Shown here: in pieces, positions 1-13,289 of the stretch
Layout of the letters: each line of letters begins with the position of its first letter
How positions within the stretch are numbered: the first letter of the stretch is position 1
DNA from: Macrostomum lignano
Taxonomy: Eukaryota
DNA length: 64,000 nt
Reading direction: 5' to 3'
NCBI GenBank assembly: GCA_002269645.1
Contig: NIVC01001755.1
Coordinates: forward strand, 29,944-93,943
Program-made: the position numbers and the translations under genes
The notes under the pieces: generated by a model
Seen by the model: only the letters and a program-made list of their open reading frames with translations
Told to the model about the DNA's origin: nothing
Databases searched by the model: none

Positions 1-110
1 CCGAAGACGCAGCGTGGAGGCGAGCGTCGCCCATTCCGCAATGCTCATGCCTCACGCTGCTCAAACTGCTTTTGAAGCGCCAGCTCGATGAAAATTCGAT
101 GAAGATCTGA

Positions 111-515
111 GCCAGCACCAAGGGGCGCCAGCACCAAGGGGCGCCAGCACCAAGGGGCGCCAGCACCAAGGGGCGCCAGCACCAAGGGGCGCCAGCACCA
201 AGGGGCGCCAGCACCAAGGGGCGCCAGCACCAAGGGGCGCCAGCACCAAGGGGCGCCAGCACCAAGGGGCGCCAGCACCAAGGGGCGCCAGCACCAAGGG
301 GCGCCAGCACCAAGGGGCGCCAGCACCAAGGGGCGCCAGCACCAAGGGGCGCCAGCACCAAGGGGCGCCAGCACCAAGGGGCGCCAGCACCAAGGGGCGC
401 CAGCACCAAGGGGCGCCAGCACCAAGGGGCGCCAGCACCAAGGGGCGCCAGCACCAAGGGGCGCCAGCACCAAGGGGCGCCAGCACCAAGGGGCGCCAGC
501 ACCAAGGGGCGCCAG
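111..515. repeat. Minisatellite, 16-bp unit AGGGGCGCCAGCACCA, ~25 near-perfect copies
   Basis: Directly visible tandem array; the 16-aa periodic ORFs (3x16 bp) in the ORF track are artefacts of it. Confidence 0.97.
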
Positions 516-2540
516 AGTAGGTGCTGAGGTGTGAAATCATTTTGTCAGCTTACTAGGGGAGGGGGCGTGTTGCGCCCCTCTGCCACTGTGGCTTACGCTT
601 TAGTAAAATATGTCTCCATAAAACGTTTCCTACTACTTGCATTTGTAGCATGTACAGTAGTACTTTAAGTTTACAATTTTTCAGTATAAAGGTTATCCAA
701 ACTGGAGGTGCTTGAAGCTGAAAATGTAATATGGAGAATAAAGCCAGAATTTTTAAAGCATTCTACCAACTCAATGTTTGATTAGTAAACAAGTCGTTAT
801 AAGGTGAACAAATGCATTGATCTGGTTCATCTTGTGCACTGGATAATTGGCATGCAGTGGCACTGAGCAGGTGCCAAAAGTTCACCTCTAAATTGGCAAT
901 GATGAACGCAGGTTTACTGGCAGTAAGAACTGTAATTCAGTCCATTTACATGTACACTAAATAATAAGAAAGGTGATTTCTACCCAGATTAAACACTAGC
1001 ACAAAGGTTTTCTACACTTGCTTAGCTACCCTGCATGCAAGATACTGCAGGATGCCTACATTCTGGCATTAATTATTCAGTTGCTACAGGAGAGGGTAAA
1101 CTCATACTCGCTGAGCGAGTATTTGGGCAGCAGGTCATACTGAGCAGCGGTGGGACACCCTACAGCAGACGGATCGACTCTGTAGAAAATTTCTTCTTGC
1201 TCTATCATCCGTGGATTCTGCATATATCCGGTAGAACCTATTCTCATGCTTGTACCAAAGCTGTCAACCGCAGGGTATTAAGGCAAAGACTACTCAAGCA
1301 GAAGGACAGGAAATAACTATGTTTCTTGAGAAATTTCTAGGAATCGTTTTTTTACCGAAAAACTACATTCGAAATTATATCCTAAGTGCATGTTGTATGC
1401 CTAAAAATCATTAAAAATGGCACAACATTAAGATTCATTAGTTTTGTGAATCTATTTTTATTATTAGCTGTTACACATATTTATACCGCAATGAAACTAA
1501 AAATCATAAAATCGATAATGACTACATGTACGGTGCAGTACATGTAAGATTGTACGCAGCATATAAAGTTAACATAGGATCCTAATTTCATAAATGAAAA
1601 GCTATAATAAAGACAATTGACATCAAAAGATGAACAATGAGTCTGTTTCCAATCAAAAGCGATAGCCAACATTTTTTGTACTGAATTAAAAATAAAAAAC
1701 CTCTTATCTTGATCCGTAATGCTTTTTCGGTGAAACCTACCTCCTAAAATATTCCCAGAAACGTAGTTTTCCCTCAGATTTGAGTAGTCCAATTGTATTT
1801 TTTAGCTAATTTTATATTTTTGCAGACGAAGGAGAAACTGTTAAAATTATGCATGTATTTTTTAGAAATTCCTGCTTGATTCCAATATTCTGATTTTATT
1901 TGCAAGACAATGGTTTTTAGCTTTTATGACATTGAGCATTGATTATCTATTTTTAACTCTTCATATTTATCTTATTGCTCAATGGAAAAATACATATTTA
2001 ATTTCCAATTTTCAGTATTGCAAAGTTGAGAAAAAGGAAGTGGAACAAAGCAAAGGAAAAAAAACCTAGTTTTCTTGGAGAACAAGTCTCCTCAGTGAAC
2101 CAGAAAAGTACATAAGTGGCGAGGCGGATAAACAATAAAAATGAGTTGAATTCTCAAGCAGTTTATCGCAGTAACCTATAAATAATTTACTGCACGGCTG
2201 ACCAACTATCAAGTAGAATGTGAACGACTTTTCAAGATCTTTACTTGTCAGGCAAACTCATCTTTAACTTGGCTAATAAGATGAACTCTCACTTTAATTG
2301 TAGCATTCAGCCTTCATGAATAAACTATCTGCCAAACTGCAGTTCTCAAGCCAGTAAGTGCCTGTTTTACTTCCTTAAATTATTTGATTTAACGTTGTTG
2401 CGTTTCAGCCCTTGAAAGGCACTACACTGAATGGTGCGCCAGAGCCAATGGAATTCAAGCCAGTGTTAGTTAAGCTTGGTTTAGCTTAGGTTAAATGTCT
2501 GTCAGATGCAAGCTATGCTCGCTGCTTGCCACTTAACGGA

Positions 2541-3698
2541 ATGAAACCGAGACGACTAACCTGCCTTATCGTTCAACGCAGACTGGCTGCGTCCCTGATG
2601 CTCTGGGTTACTCTGCTGTCGGTAGCCAGAATTGTGCTCAACCCGGATGTACTTTTTCCTTCACATCGGCCGCTCTCCAACTCAAGCGGCGGTCCCAAGC
2701 TGCGCGATCGAGCACCCGTCAGCGCTCCGGCTCTGCCATGCGAGAACCGGCTGGTGTTCAAGGACTTGTCCTCAAATCTGAAGATTCCAGAATCATTCAC
2801 TTCACCGCCAAGAGCGAGTTCATGCTCAACAACTACAAGCGCTACCTGAAGCGGTGGTACGAAAGCTACTCGAACTTTACGTTCTACCTGTGGCGAGATG
2901 CAGACGCTCTGTGCCTTTTGCGACTTCACTATCCGGAGCTGCTTGAAGAGTTCGAGAGCGAGCTGCAGACACCGTTGGAGCGGTCAGACTTCATCCGAGC
3001 ACTGGCGCTGTACCACTTCGGAGGACTGTACGTGGACATGGACACTCTCCCAGTCAGGAGCATGGAGCACTTGTTCGACAATCCGATGAGAGGCGCCATG
3101 GTCGCACAGGAGCCGGAAGAGCACGCCGTCTTCCTGTACAACTTGAAGTCGCTGGTGTCGAACGCCGTGATGTTCGGCATTCCAAAGCACCCGTTTTATT
3201 ACTACTACGTGTGCAAGATGCTCGCCAAGATCCGCAACCTCTCACGAGTCCCAACCGCATGAGGACCAACTTCGAAGCCACTCACATCACGGGTCCGATT
3301 CTGATGAAGCAGGTGCACGAGAACTACACCAGCTCGGTCTGTGCCCAGCCGAACAGCTCAACTGCTCAGTGCACCTGTTTAAGCCGGACGAATTCAGTCC
3401 GAACTACGACACGAGCCAGAAGCGTCGCATCCGGTACACCTGTATTCGGCGCTACAGGACTTTAAAAAACCAACAGCGGCGACTCTGCAACAGTCTGCTT
3501 TACCGCAGGTTTGCAAACAGAAGGCTCACACAGAAAACATTTGCGGTCCACGATTTCCGGCACTTCAGCACCAATAAGCAGAAGAGAAAGTCGTCTAAGA
3601 ACAGACAGAAGGGTTTAGTTCTGCATGGGCCTTTGTTTAATGCTTTCACAGTTATTCCTAGTCTGAAACAGTTTAATTCCACTGAGGAGCAGTGCTAA
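2541..3698 (+). CDS. Intronless glycosyltransferase, GT32/DXD sugar-binding family (OCH1/SUR1-like), type II membrane; three apparent single-base frameshifts
   Basis: ATG 2541, N-terminal TM (LAASLMLWVTLLSVARIVL), then KIP-RIIHFT, R.D..R..ALYHFGGLYVDMD (DxD), NAVMFGIPKHPF, TGP, FSP and AVHDF.H motifs. These are spread over four frames joined at ~2787, ~3251 and ~3367. Confidence 0.85.
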
Positions 3699-4528
3699 TT
3701 TAGTGAAGTACTCTCGTTGCTACCTCCGAATTCACCAAAAGGAATTGAAGATTTATGACAAAAAATTAGCTAACCCTTCGCAGTGCAATCTTAGCTGATG
3801 CAATACCGCTATTTGCAGACTAGCTTATATTCTTGCAGTGTTCTCAAATATAGATCTGATTTATGAAACCATTAATAACGTGCGAGATTTATGAATCGTC
3901 TATCTGGGCGACGCTTGGGTTTTGAAGTTTGATTTGCACTTTTCATATAATTTACTTTTTACCCTCTTCATCTTCTTTCGTGTTGCCAAAAGACAAGGCA
4001 AAAGACAACCGAAAGACAACTAAAAGACAAGGCAAATAGTGCGTTAGCCTTGGAATGGATGCTTCAAAAATTCATGCATGATTCCAGGGGCTAAGAGTCT
4101 GAATGCTTGATTGACAGCTGCAGTATAGAACACTTTTTATTGCTCTCTGCTGGTTTTCAGCGTGAGTCTCATCCTTTTTATGGAATCCCAATGCAACCGT
4201 TCTTGCTGGCTCATCTTGAAGATTTTGAGCTCGATATTGCAGCTGGGGTCTGAGATAAACGTGACAAAGTGAGTAACGTCCATCACACTGGCTCTTTGAA
4301 TTCTATCGATTGAGCGTTTAAAAAATCGATATTGTTATTCATTAATAAAATTTTGTGTAAAGTTAGCAATAGTTTGATTGCAAATGCTTTAGACTTATAG
4401 CTTTTTCCATTGAAAAATTCTGGAAGCAAGAATGTTCCAGAAAAAGTTCCAAATTCAACTAACTATAGTTGGAGTACTACACCTGCAACATTCACGCTTC
4501 TATAAACATTGCTGCGATTTCACGTAAG

Positions 4529-4875
4529 CCTTTAACGTAAGGCAACGAGCGAGTCACCAACACGGCGCTCTATCATCGCGCCGGCCTGGCCCGTCCTAGC
4601 GATCTGCTGCGCCGTCGGCGACTCCAGCTGGCAGGCCACGTCATCCGCGCGAGGCCTACTGTCCGGAGCCGGTGCAGGAGGTGCTGCTACTTACGTTGCA
4701 GGCACCCTACCGGCGGGGACAAGCGAGGACACGGCGCTACGTCGACTGTCTGCTGGCTGACGCCGGCGCCCCGGACTCTACCGGCGGTGCGGCCTTTGTT
4801 CGCGCCCAAGCTTCGAAGCGTGCCATCTGACGTTGCTTTTGCGATCCGGCAGCGTACTCTGTTGTTGTTGTTGTT
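4529..4875 (+). mobile_element. 5'-truncated non-LTR retrotransposon 3' end (RTE-like) with (GTT)n tail
   Basis: Translates (one frameshift) as NERVTNTALYHRAGLARPSDLLRRRRLQLAGHVIRA-EAYCPEPVQEVLLLTLQAPYRRGQARTRRYVD..., resembling the RTE-clade C-terminus (LR.RRL..AGHV.R). Stop codon, short 3' UTR, then gttgttgttgttgtt at 4861-4875. Confidence 0.75.
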
Positions 4876-5399
4876 AGTGCGTTTTACTGCTTTGGCACTC
4901 GTGCATGAACTCTTAATTTAGAATAATTGTATCAGGACTTATTTTCAATCTAATTTTATCATTCTTCAGATTGTCTGGAAATTGAGTACGTCAGCCTAAT
5001 AATGGGACTTCTAATTTCAACGTGAATAGAAATTTTTTGAAGCTTTCTATTTTTATAGATTTTTTGTTTTTTAACGTGTCGGACACGCTTCTGAAACTCG
5101 TCGGTACTTGAGCGTATTTGGTTTTTCATTCAAATTGGTGCGTGATCTTCGGCAGGACTGACGTGGCAGTTGGTAGAGATCTTGCGGTACGCAGACAGAA
5201 CAGAGAAAGCCATAGACAACGGAAATCTGTTTGGTTTTAACTGCAAGAGCAATTTAGGCCAAAGCTGGAAGCCATGGCTAAAGTAGAGAAATGGCACAGA
5301 GAGGACCATGCGCTAAAATCAGTCTGTTGTACAGAGAGAGAGAGAGAGCAGAGTGAATGCATGCGTGACCGGTACTATTGAGTTTGATGTTTGTGAAAT

Positions 5400-6000
5400 A
5401 AACCGAATCGATAGCAGAAAACCTATTTGCTGGGTAATTTCAGTTCTTAGCCTATGGTGAATGAAAACCTTTTCGGACCAAAAACCAAAGCCGCGATATC
5501 GAGGCTGCTTCCCGTTCCCCAGGCGATGGTTTTGCTTCTCAATTTCTGCTTGAAGAAACTCTAGATCATGTGCTAGTAGTGCATGCACCTTTGGACTAAT
5601 GTTGAAGTTTTGAGTTTAAGTTGTGTTGATGTAATGCTGGTTGGGAAATTCCGAAATAGCTTGCTTCAATCCAGGCAGTATGGCTCATTGCCAAAGCACA
5701 TGCGCTTCACATTAGGCAACGCATGGAATGGAGAACTGTTCCGTCATGTTGCTTTGGCCGGCAAGATGTTCAGCTGTCTTGTCCAGGATGCTGCCGTCAG
5801 TAGTATATGCTGCAAAAGAATCCGCCGCCATCGATTCCAATGGTTGCTATGCAGTCTCAGAAGGATCCATCCGTCTGTCTTCCATTATTACCAACATCTG
5901 TGCAGTACGCAACGATTCGCAGCTCTTGCTGGGTCTCTCTTAATTTGCAACGAAATCTGTGCAACTTCGAAAAACTCCAGGGTAATGATGTCAATCTCTC
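5400..6000 (-). mobile_element. Highly degenerate Chapaev-type (CMC) transposase C-terminal half
   Basis: Across frameshifts the minus strand gives RC.YCT, PSE(L)H.TIGI, VKRMCFG..LPGLKQAISEF, NISPKVHALLAHDLEFL and GFGFWSEKVFIHH. Same motif order as the better-preserved copy at 47.7-49.7 kb. Confidence 0.6.
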
Positions 6001-7515
6001 GGAGTCTCTGCTCAAGATGTCGGCTCAATTGAATAGCGTCCTTGTCATTCGCGTATCTTCTGCGCCGCCTGCTTAGTTTAACGCTGGCTTAGCCTCAGCT
6101 TGCTGATCCGCTCTACAGAAATAGGATCCGCAAAGTGTGTTCGGCGCCAGGATCTCAGCTCCACGCTTGTCCATTGACAGCTGCTCAGAAAGATTGGCAC
6201 GCCTTTATGTGATTATGCAGATGTGACCTTTTCCTCTGTTGAGTTCAGAACGACAGCGTCAGCAAAAGGTGACCGGATCGGCAGGTGACAGTGGGTCTGA
6301 ATTATCAGTCAGTGGGCGCCCGACGGGCCGATGCTTTGCTGTTTCCTGCAGTCCTTCGCCGATTGGAAGTTCGCGCGAAAATCAATCAAACAGATTTTGC
6401 GCTCACACCGAAGACTTTGTTGCGTTAGTGGTGCTAGCAAAACAGAATTTTGATGTAAGCTGGACAACTTAACAACGCGCTTGGCTACAGCCTCCTTTGA
6501 AAACATATCTTTCTCGTACAACGTAGAGTCGAGGTAAGGTACATCTCGTTTGAGGAAAGCCAAGAAAACGAAAGCAAACACGAACATTCGCATTTTTCTT
6601 TAATAATACGAAATTACAATTTATTAATCTTAAATTAATCTTATATAATCTTATCTTATATACTAATCTTATAATAATCTTACAATTCATTAATATTATT
6701 GTTGTTTTTGTCTTATTTTAAAACAACGCAAACTACTTTAGTAAGTACTAGTGTTTGTGAATCTTGAACTCAATTCATTTATAATTTACTACATGTACAA
6801 TCTTTAAGTTTTCAGCCACCAGTGTTACGTATTTGCAGATTTAGATTGTGTGAGAACGTATGGGTTCAGAATGCAAAAAAATGCATTCATTAAATTGATT
6901 AGACGTAGGAAATTATATATTTTACTGATCTGAAGTCAATGAAATCACTTACATACAGCTACTCTGCCAGTGGCATGCAGTTAAAAAATAAATTTCGGCC
7001 ATTTGCACGCTTGTATTTAATAGGACAAAATATTTAGAATTCGCTGGAAATCCATAAAACACCTCGTAAATGTCATTTTGAATGATAGCGTGCTTTTTAA
7101 AACTATTTAAAATAGATAGAAAAGTATTTTATTTACGTTTTTTATATCAGTAAAGGAAATATTCCTTCCGTCTGAATAACTTTAGTTTCAAGCAGTATTA
7201 CTAACGTGAAAAAAACTAACCAAATGCCAACCAGGATCTAACGTTACTCGTAACGTTACTTTGGACTGAAGGAAATGGTAACTATTAATTGGAAGACTGT
7301 TATACTTAGCTAGTTATATAAGTTATAAATTAAAATTATTTTGATTATTAGTCCGAGAGGCAGCTCGTAGTTTTTAATCTCTGGAAGAATTTTAAAAGGA
7401 AGTGCTTGTTTCAAGTATCCATTTATTCAGAGGTAAAATATTAATAGATACCATATATATTACGCACTTCAAATACATACATACTATCTGTGAGTTCTGG
7501 CCTCCATCGTCAAGT

Positions 7516-9048
7516 TCACAAGTTGGCCCGCCGCAAAGAAATTGTATAGTAGGAGAAGCAAACGATGGACACAAGCTGGCACACAGTGCTTGCCACGCCT
7601 CCGTACATGTAGCAGACGTAGCCAAAGCACTCCGGTATGCTAGCAGCAGTCCCAGGGGCCGTGGAATTGAACGCGACGCCGCCTGTCTTATCACCGGAAG
7701 TTGTTCGAATTTGAGCGTCGTACAGAGCGCCGAATTGCAGAATAAGAAGCAGGCCAGTTGTTGAAGCTAAAAGAAGACAGGAAGAGTAGAGCCGTCCGAA
7801 CAGGTGCGGCTTTTCAGTCATAGAGATGATCACGGGTGGAATGGTGAATAGGGTGGCGTTGTTGATACTATCAAAAACGTAGGCCGTAATCGTAATACCA
7901 AAAGCTGACACGCCTGGAAGCAGTGGGACGCTAAGAAGCAGCGTCGAAGGAGCGCCGAAGCAGACCACGCTGGCAAGCAAAACAGCAGATCGATGACTTG
8001 CCTTCGGTAGGTGTCTGTCAGTAAGAAGCCCAATCAGACAGCGCCAAGCTATGCCCACCAGAGTTGGAAACCAAAAATAGTAAACGTCGTATTGAGTCAG
8101 CGACAAACTTCGAGTGACGCTAGTCAGGTTTAGAAAGGTTGTCAGGTTTGCTCCGATGGACAGAGCAACGCCCAGCATGAGAGGCATGAAGCGATCTGAG
8201 CAGCACACGGTAAAAAAGTATTGTGTCTGCGTCAGGAAACCGTCCTGCGGTCGAGTGTCGATCGTCTCAGCCGTCGCAGTATGCGTTTCGTTCATGTTAG
8301 AGTTGAATGCATCCTGTAGTTTCTGTCGATCCTGTTCCGGTGGCTGTTTGTCTAGAATAGGGCTCGATTCGCTAGGTTTTTCTTTATCCAAAGAATCATC
8401 GAACGGTGTTAGAAAGATAAAAGCGAACACATGAATAGTGGCATTTAAAACTAGGAGCACGATCCGGGTGCCTACAGGTCTCTGGTCGGTGTTACTTCTG
8501 TGCATATTGTCGAAGACCACGTAGTAGATGAAGGCCACAACTGGGGGACCCAGACTGAAGAAGTTGTCCGCCAGCGTCATGACAAAGACACGTTGACTCG
8601 ATGAGAAACTTTTCATGCAGCAACCAATCGCAGCCACGTAGCTGTAGTTGAAGCTGTGACCGTACAGGAACAGCAGAATGAACAGCAGCCATAAGTTCTG
8701 GCGCAGCGGCTCTGGATACGCCATTGCGACGGCAACAAAAGTCATGGACAGCGTGGAGAGGACGCCACTGAAGACGACCGAAGCTCTCGTACCAAAACGG
8801 TCGTAAAAGAGTCCGCTGAGAAAGATTAGCACTGTTCCCAGGTACAGTAGAGCAACGCTAAAGTCCAGTTGTCTCTGGTTTAGTCCATAGCTGAACTTTA
8901 TGAAATTGGCAAATATAGGGCCTGAGACACACTGGCCAGCCATCATCAGAATTAAACAGGCGCTCATTAGCAGAAGGCATTTTCGCCGAGAAGTCTCCGT
9001 CATGCAGACATTTTTCACCGTTTCCGGTTGCTGCTTAGTATCATCCAT
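7516..9048 (-). CDS. Intronless MFS transporter, nodulin-like/Mch1-like, ~510 aa
   Basis: Uninterrupted ORF (first ATG 9048) with about 12 hydrophobic segments, MFS motif A-like GLFYDRFGTR and GLLTDR, and an N-terminal FIKFSYGLNQRQLD segment resembling nodulin-like domains. Confidence 0.88.
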   Translation of the reverse strand: MDDTKQQPETVKNVCMTETSRRKCLLLMSACLILMMAGQCVSGPIFANFIKFSYGLNQRQLDFSVALLYLGTVLIFLSGLFYDRFGTRASVVFSGVLSTLSMTFVAVAMAYPEPLRQNLWLLFILLFLYGHSFNYSYVAAIGCCMKSFSSSQRVFVMTLADNFFSLGPPVVAFIYYVVFDNMHRSNTDQRPVGTRIVLLVLNATIHVFAFIFLTPFDDSLDKEKPSESSPILDKQPPEQDRQKLQDAFNSNMNETHTATAETIDTRPQDGFLTQTQYFFTVCCSDRFMPLMLGVALSIGANLTTFLNLTSVTRSLSLTQYDVYYFWFPTLVGIAWRCLIGLLTDRHLPKASHRSAVLLASVVCFGAPSTLLLSVPLLPGVSAFGITITAYVFDSINNATLFTIPPVIISMTEKPHLFGRLYSSCLLLASTTGLLLILQFGALYDAQIRTTSGDKTGGVAFNSTAPGTAASIPECFGYVCYMYGGVASTVCQLVSIVCFSYYTISLRRANL

Positions 9049-10019
9049 TAGTGAAGAAAACACTGCGCCGGAAACTTAGTTTCTAATTAGTTTTATAGAT
9101 GTGTAGATCGGTAAAATACCTGGTATGTGGCGTCTTAAGCGAGAAATGTTCAGTTTAGGAGCTTGTGGATCTTGCTCTGGGTTTTTTATGGCACCCTAAC
9201 TATAGCTTTTTTGAATTCTTCTCCGCCTTGTCCTGCACTGCTCTATATAATCGGAGGAAATTATTGGGTGCGCGATCTGTTACGCAAAAATATTATAGGC
9301 GATTAAAACTGTAAGCTCAACCCCGGATCGAGAGTTAACCAGCTGTACCGGGAGTTCACATTCTCATATTAAATGACTTCGATCCCTTCTTTTCAATTGC
9401 TCAACTATAATTCACATTGGTACATTATTAAGCTCAAGCATTTCATAACCACCCTGAGTAAATACAGCACTATATCATGCCAGAATTATTTAATGCAAAC
9501 TCATGTGGACTGAGAATGCTCACTCTGAAAAAAACCCGTGGCCTTGCAGTTGCTTTGACTCAATGCAGCGCCCCCCCCCCCCTGTATCTTATTTCGGACT
9601 CAATACGAGCTAATCTACATGCATGAGCAACTGGGCTCAAAATGGGATCCGAAATAAGCAAACTATATATTGCATGTTAATATATAGCGAAGACACCCCT
9701 ACGCAGGCAGGCAATTCTCGTGGACAGAATTGAACTCCTGACATAAATTTCCGCTCGCGTATACTAATAAACAGCGAAATTAAGTCGCTTAGCTATATAC
9801 TGTGCGTTCAATTATTCAGCCAATGTAGTTCAATTCAAAGGCGGCTCGAGTTTCTATTCAGAAACCTATGAACAAGCATGTGGGTAACGTGATCTACAAT
9901 ATTGGGTGTGGTTACGTGCATACATGTACGAGTATATCCGATACATGTATGCACTATAGCTATAGCTATAGCTATAACTAGATATTTGAAGGGCGAGGGC
10001 CTTTCAAAACCGCAAAGCT

Positions 10020-12028
10020 CACGTTACCCTCATACGGTGGATCATGTACATGATCTCTAACCGTACGGTCACTGCCCAACTTCTCGGGCAAACTGCCTCC
10101 GCCAGAGTCTGTAAGGGCGGACCCCAAGGCGGAGTCCACACCCCGACGCTCTGGAACCTGGTCATGGACGCTCTTCTGGGCGACTCCCGACCTGATCCCG
10201 TCCTAAAGTCGGGTATGCTGACGACGTCACTGCCATTGTGGCAGGGCCATCCCCCAGCACGCTCAGGGATCTGATGCAGAGCTTTATCCGCAAAGCAGAA
10301 TCCTGGGCCAATGACAACGGTCTGGAACTATCTGAGCCCAAAACTGTTGCCATATGTTCACCCACAGAATACGCTGGAACATACGACCTCTGCAGCTATA
10401 CGGCAGAGATATTGCCTTCGCGCACCAGACCAGATGTCTCGGGGTCACACTTGACCACCGGCTCAACTGGTCCTTCCACGTGAAAGCAAATGCCAAGCGT
10501 GCCTCAGCCATCCTGGCCCAGCTCCGACGAGCACTTGGCACCTCTTGGGGTCTATCCACAAAGCGACTTTGGTGGATCTACACTTCCGTAGTTAGACCTG
10601 CCATTACGTACGCCTCGGTTGTCTGGGTCAGCGCTACCCAGGTCAAAAGTCATGCAGATTTGCTCAACACGATCCAGGGCAGAGCGTGTAGGCTTATCTG
10701 CAACGCCACCAGGTCCACGCCCTTTGCCGGCATGGGGGCCTTCCTTAATCTACCGCCTCTCGACCTCTTCGTCAGGGGTGAGGCGGCTAGAACGACGCGG
10801 CGTTTACTCGATGCCGGTGTCAAATTCCTTTACATGAGGGCACCTGCTAAGCGGAACCTCGTCCCGCATAGCGACCTGTGCCTCAACATTCTCAACGAGT
10901 GTCAGGCCAATCGCGTCTTCACCGATGGCATTGCCTCAACGCTCAACCTGAGACAACGCTACTCTGTAGCTATCGACTCATGCGATACCATCAATGACCA
11001 CTGGAACCCTGGTGAGCTTCATTGCTACACCGACGGTTCTAAACAGTCAGCCAACACCGGCTTTGGTGTTGGAATCTTCCTGAACGGAAGGGTCATCGCA
11101 ACCCACGCTCAGTACACTGGGGTCAACTCCAGTGTCTTCCAAAATGAAGTTCTCGCCATCAGCTCCCGCATCGCAGAGGTCCTCGCCACTGGCGTTACCG
11201 GTAAGAACATCATTTTCCATTCGGACAGCAAAGCTGCCTTGCACGCCATCAGTGGCTGCAGCACCAATTCTGATACAGTCCTCGACTGTATCAAACTCCT
11301 CAACGTGTTGATCTCCACCAACAAAATCACCCTTAAACGGATTCCGGGGCATATGGGGATCCGAGGAAATGAGTTGGCTGACGCCCTTGCAAAAGTTGGC
11401 GCCTCCGGCTCCTCTCTCGGTCCCGAACCCCTTGTCCCGATTCCTGGCTGTGTCATTGACTCGCGAATCAAAACGTGGATCAGGACCCAGCACCGCTCGA
11501 CTTGGGCGAACTGCACTACCTGCAGGCAATCCAGAGGCGCTGTCCCTCAGCCCTCTCACCAGCTCCGGAAGCTCCTCTTGAGCCTCTCGCGCAGAGACAT
11601 CCGGGCTGCCACCATGACCCTCTCAGGTCACGGCTGCTTCTCTAGGCACCAGTACCTGCAGGGCAACGCCACCAACGCCACCTGAAGCTTCTGTAACTCA
11701 GGTGACGAAACCGCTGAGCATTTCGTCAGCATCTGTCCCGCCTTTACGCGAGCCAGACTCACTTACCTCGGGTCACACACATCTATTACTGAAGCGTGCA
11801 AACCCGAAAACTTTAATCAGCTCATGCGCTGCCTTCGGGCCACCCGCAGGGCTGAACTCTCATTTCCAGAGAGCACTATAGCTGCTTGCGACACTGGGGG
11901 ACCTCCCTGGGCGGCGCCAACCCTTCATCTATAGCGACGCGTCGGCCATTCAGGGATTAGCAGAATGGGTGTTCGCGCCTTCCCGCTGTGTCCCTCTGGG
12001 ACAGCCAAGTAAGTCAAGTAAGTCAAGC
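10020..12028 (+). mobile_element. 5'-truncated non-LTR retrotransposon (I-group: RT + RNase H + CCHC), frameshifted
   Basis: KGGPQGG..TPTLWN, GYADD, LGVTLDHRLNW, RNase H YTDGSK / VFQNEVLAI / SDSKAAL / IPGHMGIRGNELADALAK, C-terminal C..C....ETAEHFVSICP (one Cys codon read as TGA), 3' UTR ending in an (AAGT/AAGTC)n tail at ~12006-12028. Confidence 0.93.
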
Positions 12029-13289
12029 CGATACATATGCATCAAGAGAGGTATATATATATCCAGCAATACCAAACACCTCTCTTGATACCAAACGTGT
12101 GCTATAATCGTATAAGTCTTTGGAGTGTGACCACTGACCACATTTAATTGTTGGGTAGGACCGCGAACCGCCGAGGACCGCCGAGGGGGGGGGGAATATT
12201 TGGTGTCCCATCCCTGCCTCTTGGTGGGCGCCCCTGTCTATGCATAGCAAAACGAGGGGGGGTAGAGCCACAGAGGGGCGGCAGCTGCCCTTTTACATGA
12301 TATAGGCACTGTCCGTGGCCCTTTGTTCTTTTGCGGTGATTGTCTGCAGCAATTAATTCACGGAAGCCTTCAGAGGTCTGGGGTTGGTCAGCTGGCATGA
12401 CCTTATTACGGAATGCTCGATTTTAACAGAAATTTGCGCTTTCAGTTTTGCACTAGCAATCTAGTGTCCCCCTTCGGAGCGCCCAAAAAGTAAGGAGCAA
12501 AAATTATTCATGAAAAAAATTAAAAGGCACATTTTCTTAAGAACCAATTCCTTCTTCAGTTTTAAAAATCACCTTATTAAATTAAAAATTGTCACGGACA
12601 AAGATGTTTGCTATGAATCTCTTTTTTATTTAGCCAAAAAGCAACAAAATAAATTAGCTTTCATAAAGATAGCAGACTTCCCCGTAAATAGAAAACATCC
12701 CCAAGACAGCAAGCATCCCCAGACAGCAAGCACCCCACCCTCCAAGAGTAAGCAACCGCAGATAGCAAGCATCCCCCCAGGTAGTAAGCATCCCCCCAGA
12801 TAGCAAGCATCCACCAGATAGCAAGAATCCTGCAGATGGCAAGCATCCCTGGACAGAAAGAATCTCATACATATAGACACATGCAGCTAGTACCCCTCTC
12901 TGTCAAATAACAAATACCCCCACCCCCCCTCGAGAGAAAGCACCCCCGACTCCAAATACAATATTAAGCACCCCCCCCCCCAGATTTAATAGAAAGCATA
13001 CACCACACAGCAAGTATGAATAGCTAGTGCAAATATTTCCTCCGCTAATGCGCAAATCGCTTTCTCAGGTTGTACAATAATCCTCTTCTCAGCTAGTGCA
13101 ATAATTATTTTCTTATCGAATGCAATAATCCTTAACTCATCAAGTGCAAAAATCGGTCTCAGCTAGTGCAATAATCCCTCTCTAAGCTACGCTTTCTCAG
13201 GCTGTGCAATACATCAATGTCTCAGCTAGCGCAATATTAATAATTCCTTTTTTCAGCTGACAGCGCAATAATCAATTCTCTTCTGAGCT

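Noticed and set aside
1-110. GC-rich exon-like sequence on the minus strand after the 16-bp array
   Set aside because: Has a plausible acceptor but is truncated by the window edge, and no product is recognisable
4050-4350. Protein-like minus-strand frame (SVMDVTHFVTFISDPSCNIELK...)
   Set aside because: Contains an in-frame stop and no identifiable family motif
6309-6593. Signal-peptide-like ORF MRMFVFAFVFLAFL
   Set aside because: No recognisable domain or splice continuation; adjacent to a transposase relic
9951-11883. GCACTATAGCT at 9951 and 11873 as LINE target-site duplication
   Set aside because: The second copy lies inside the element's coding 3' part, upstream of the tail
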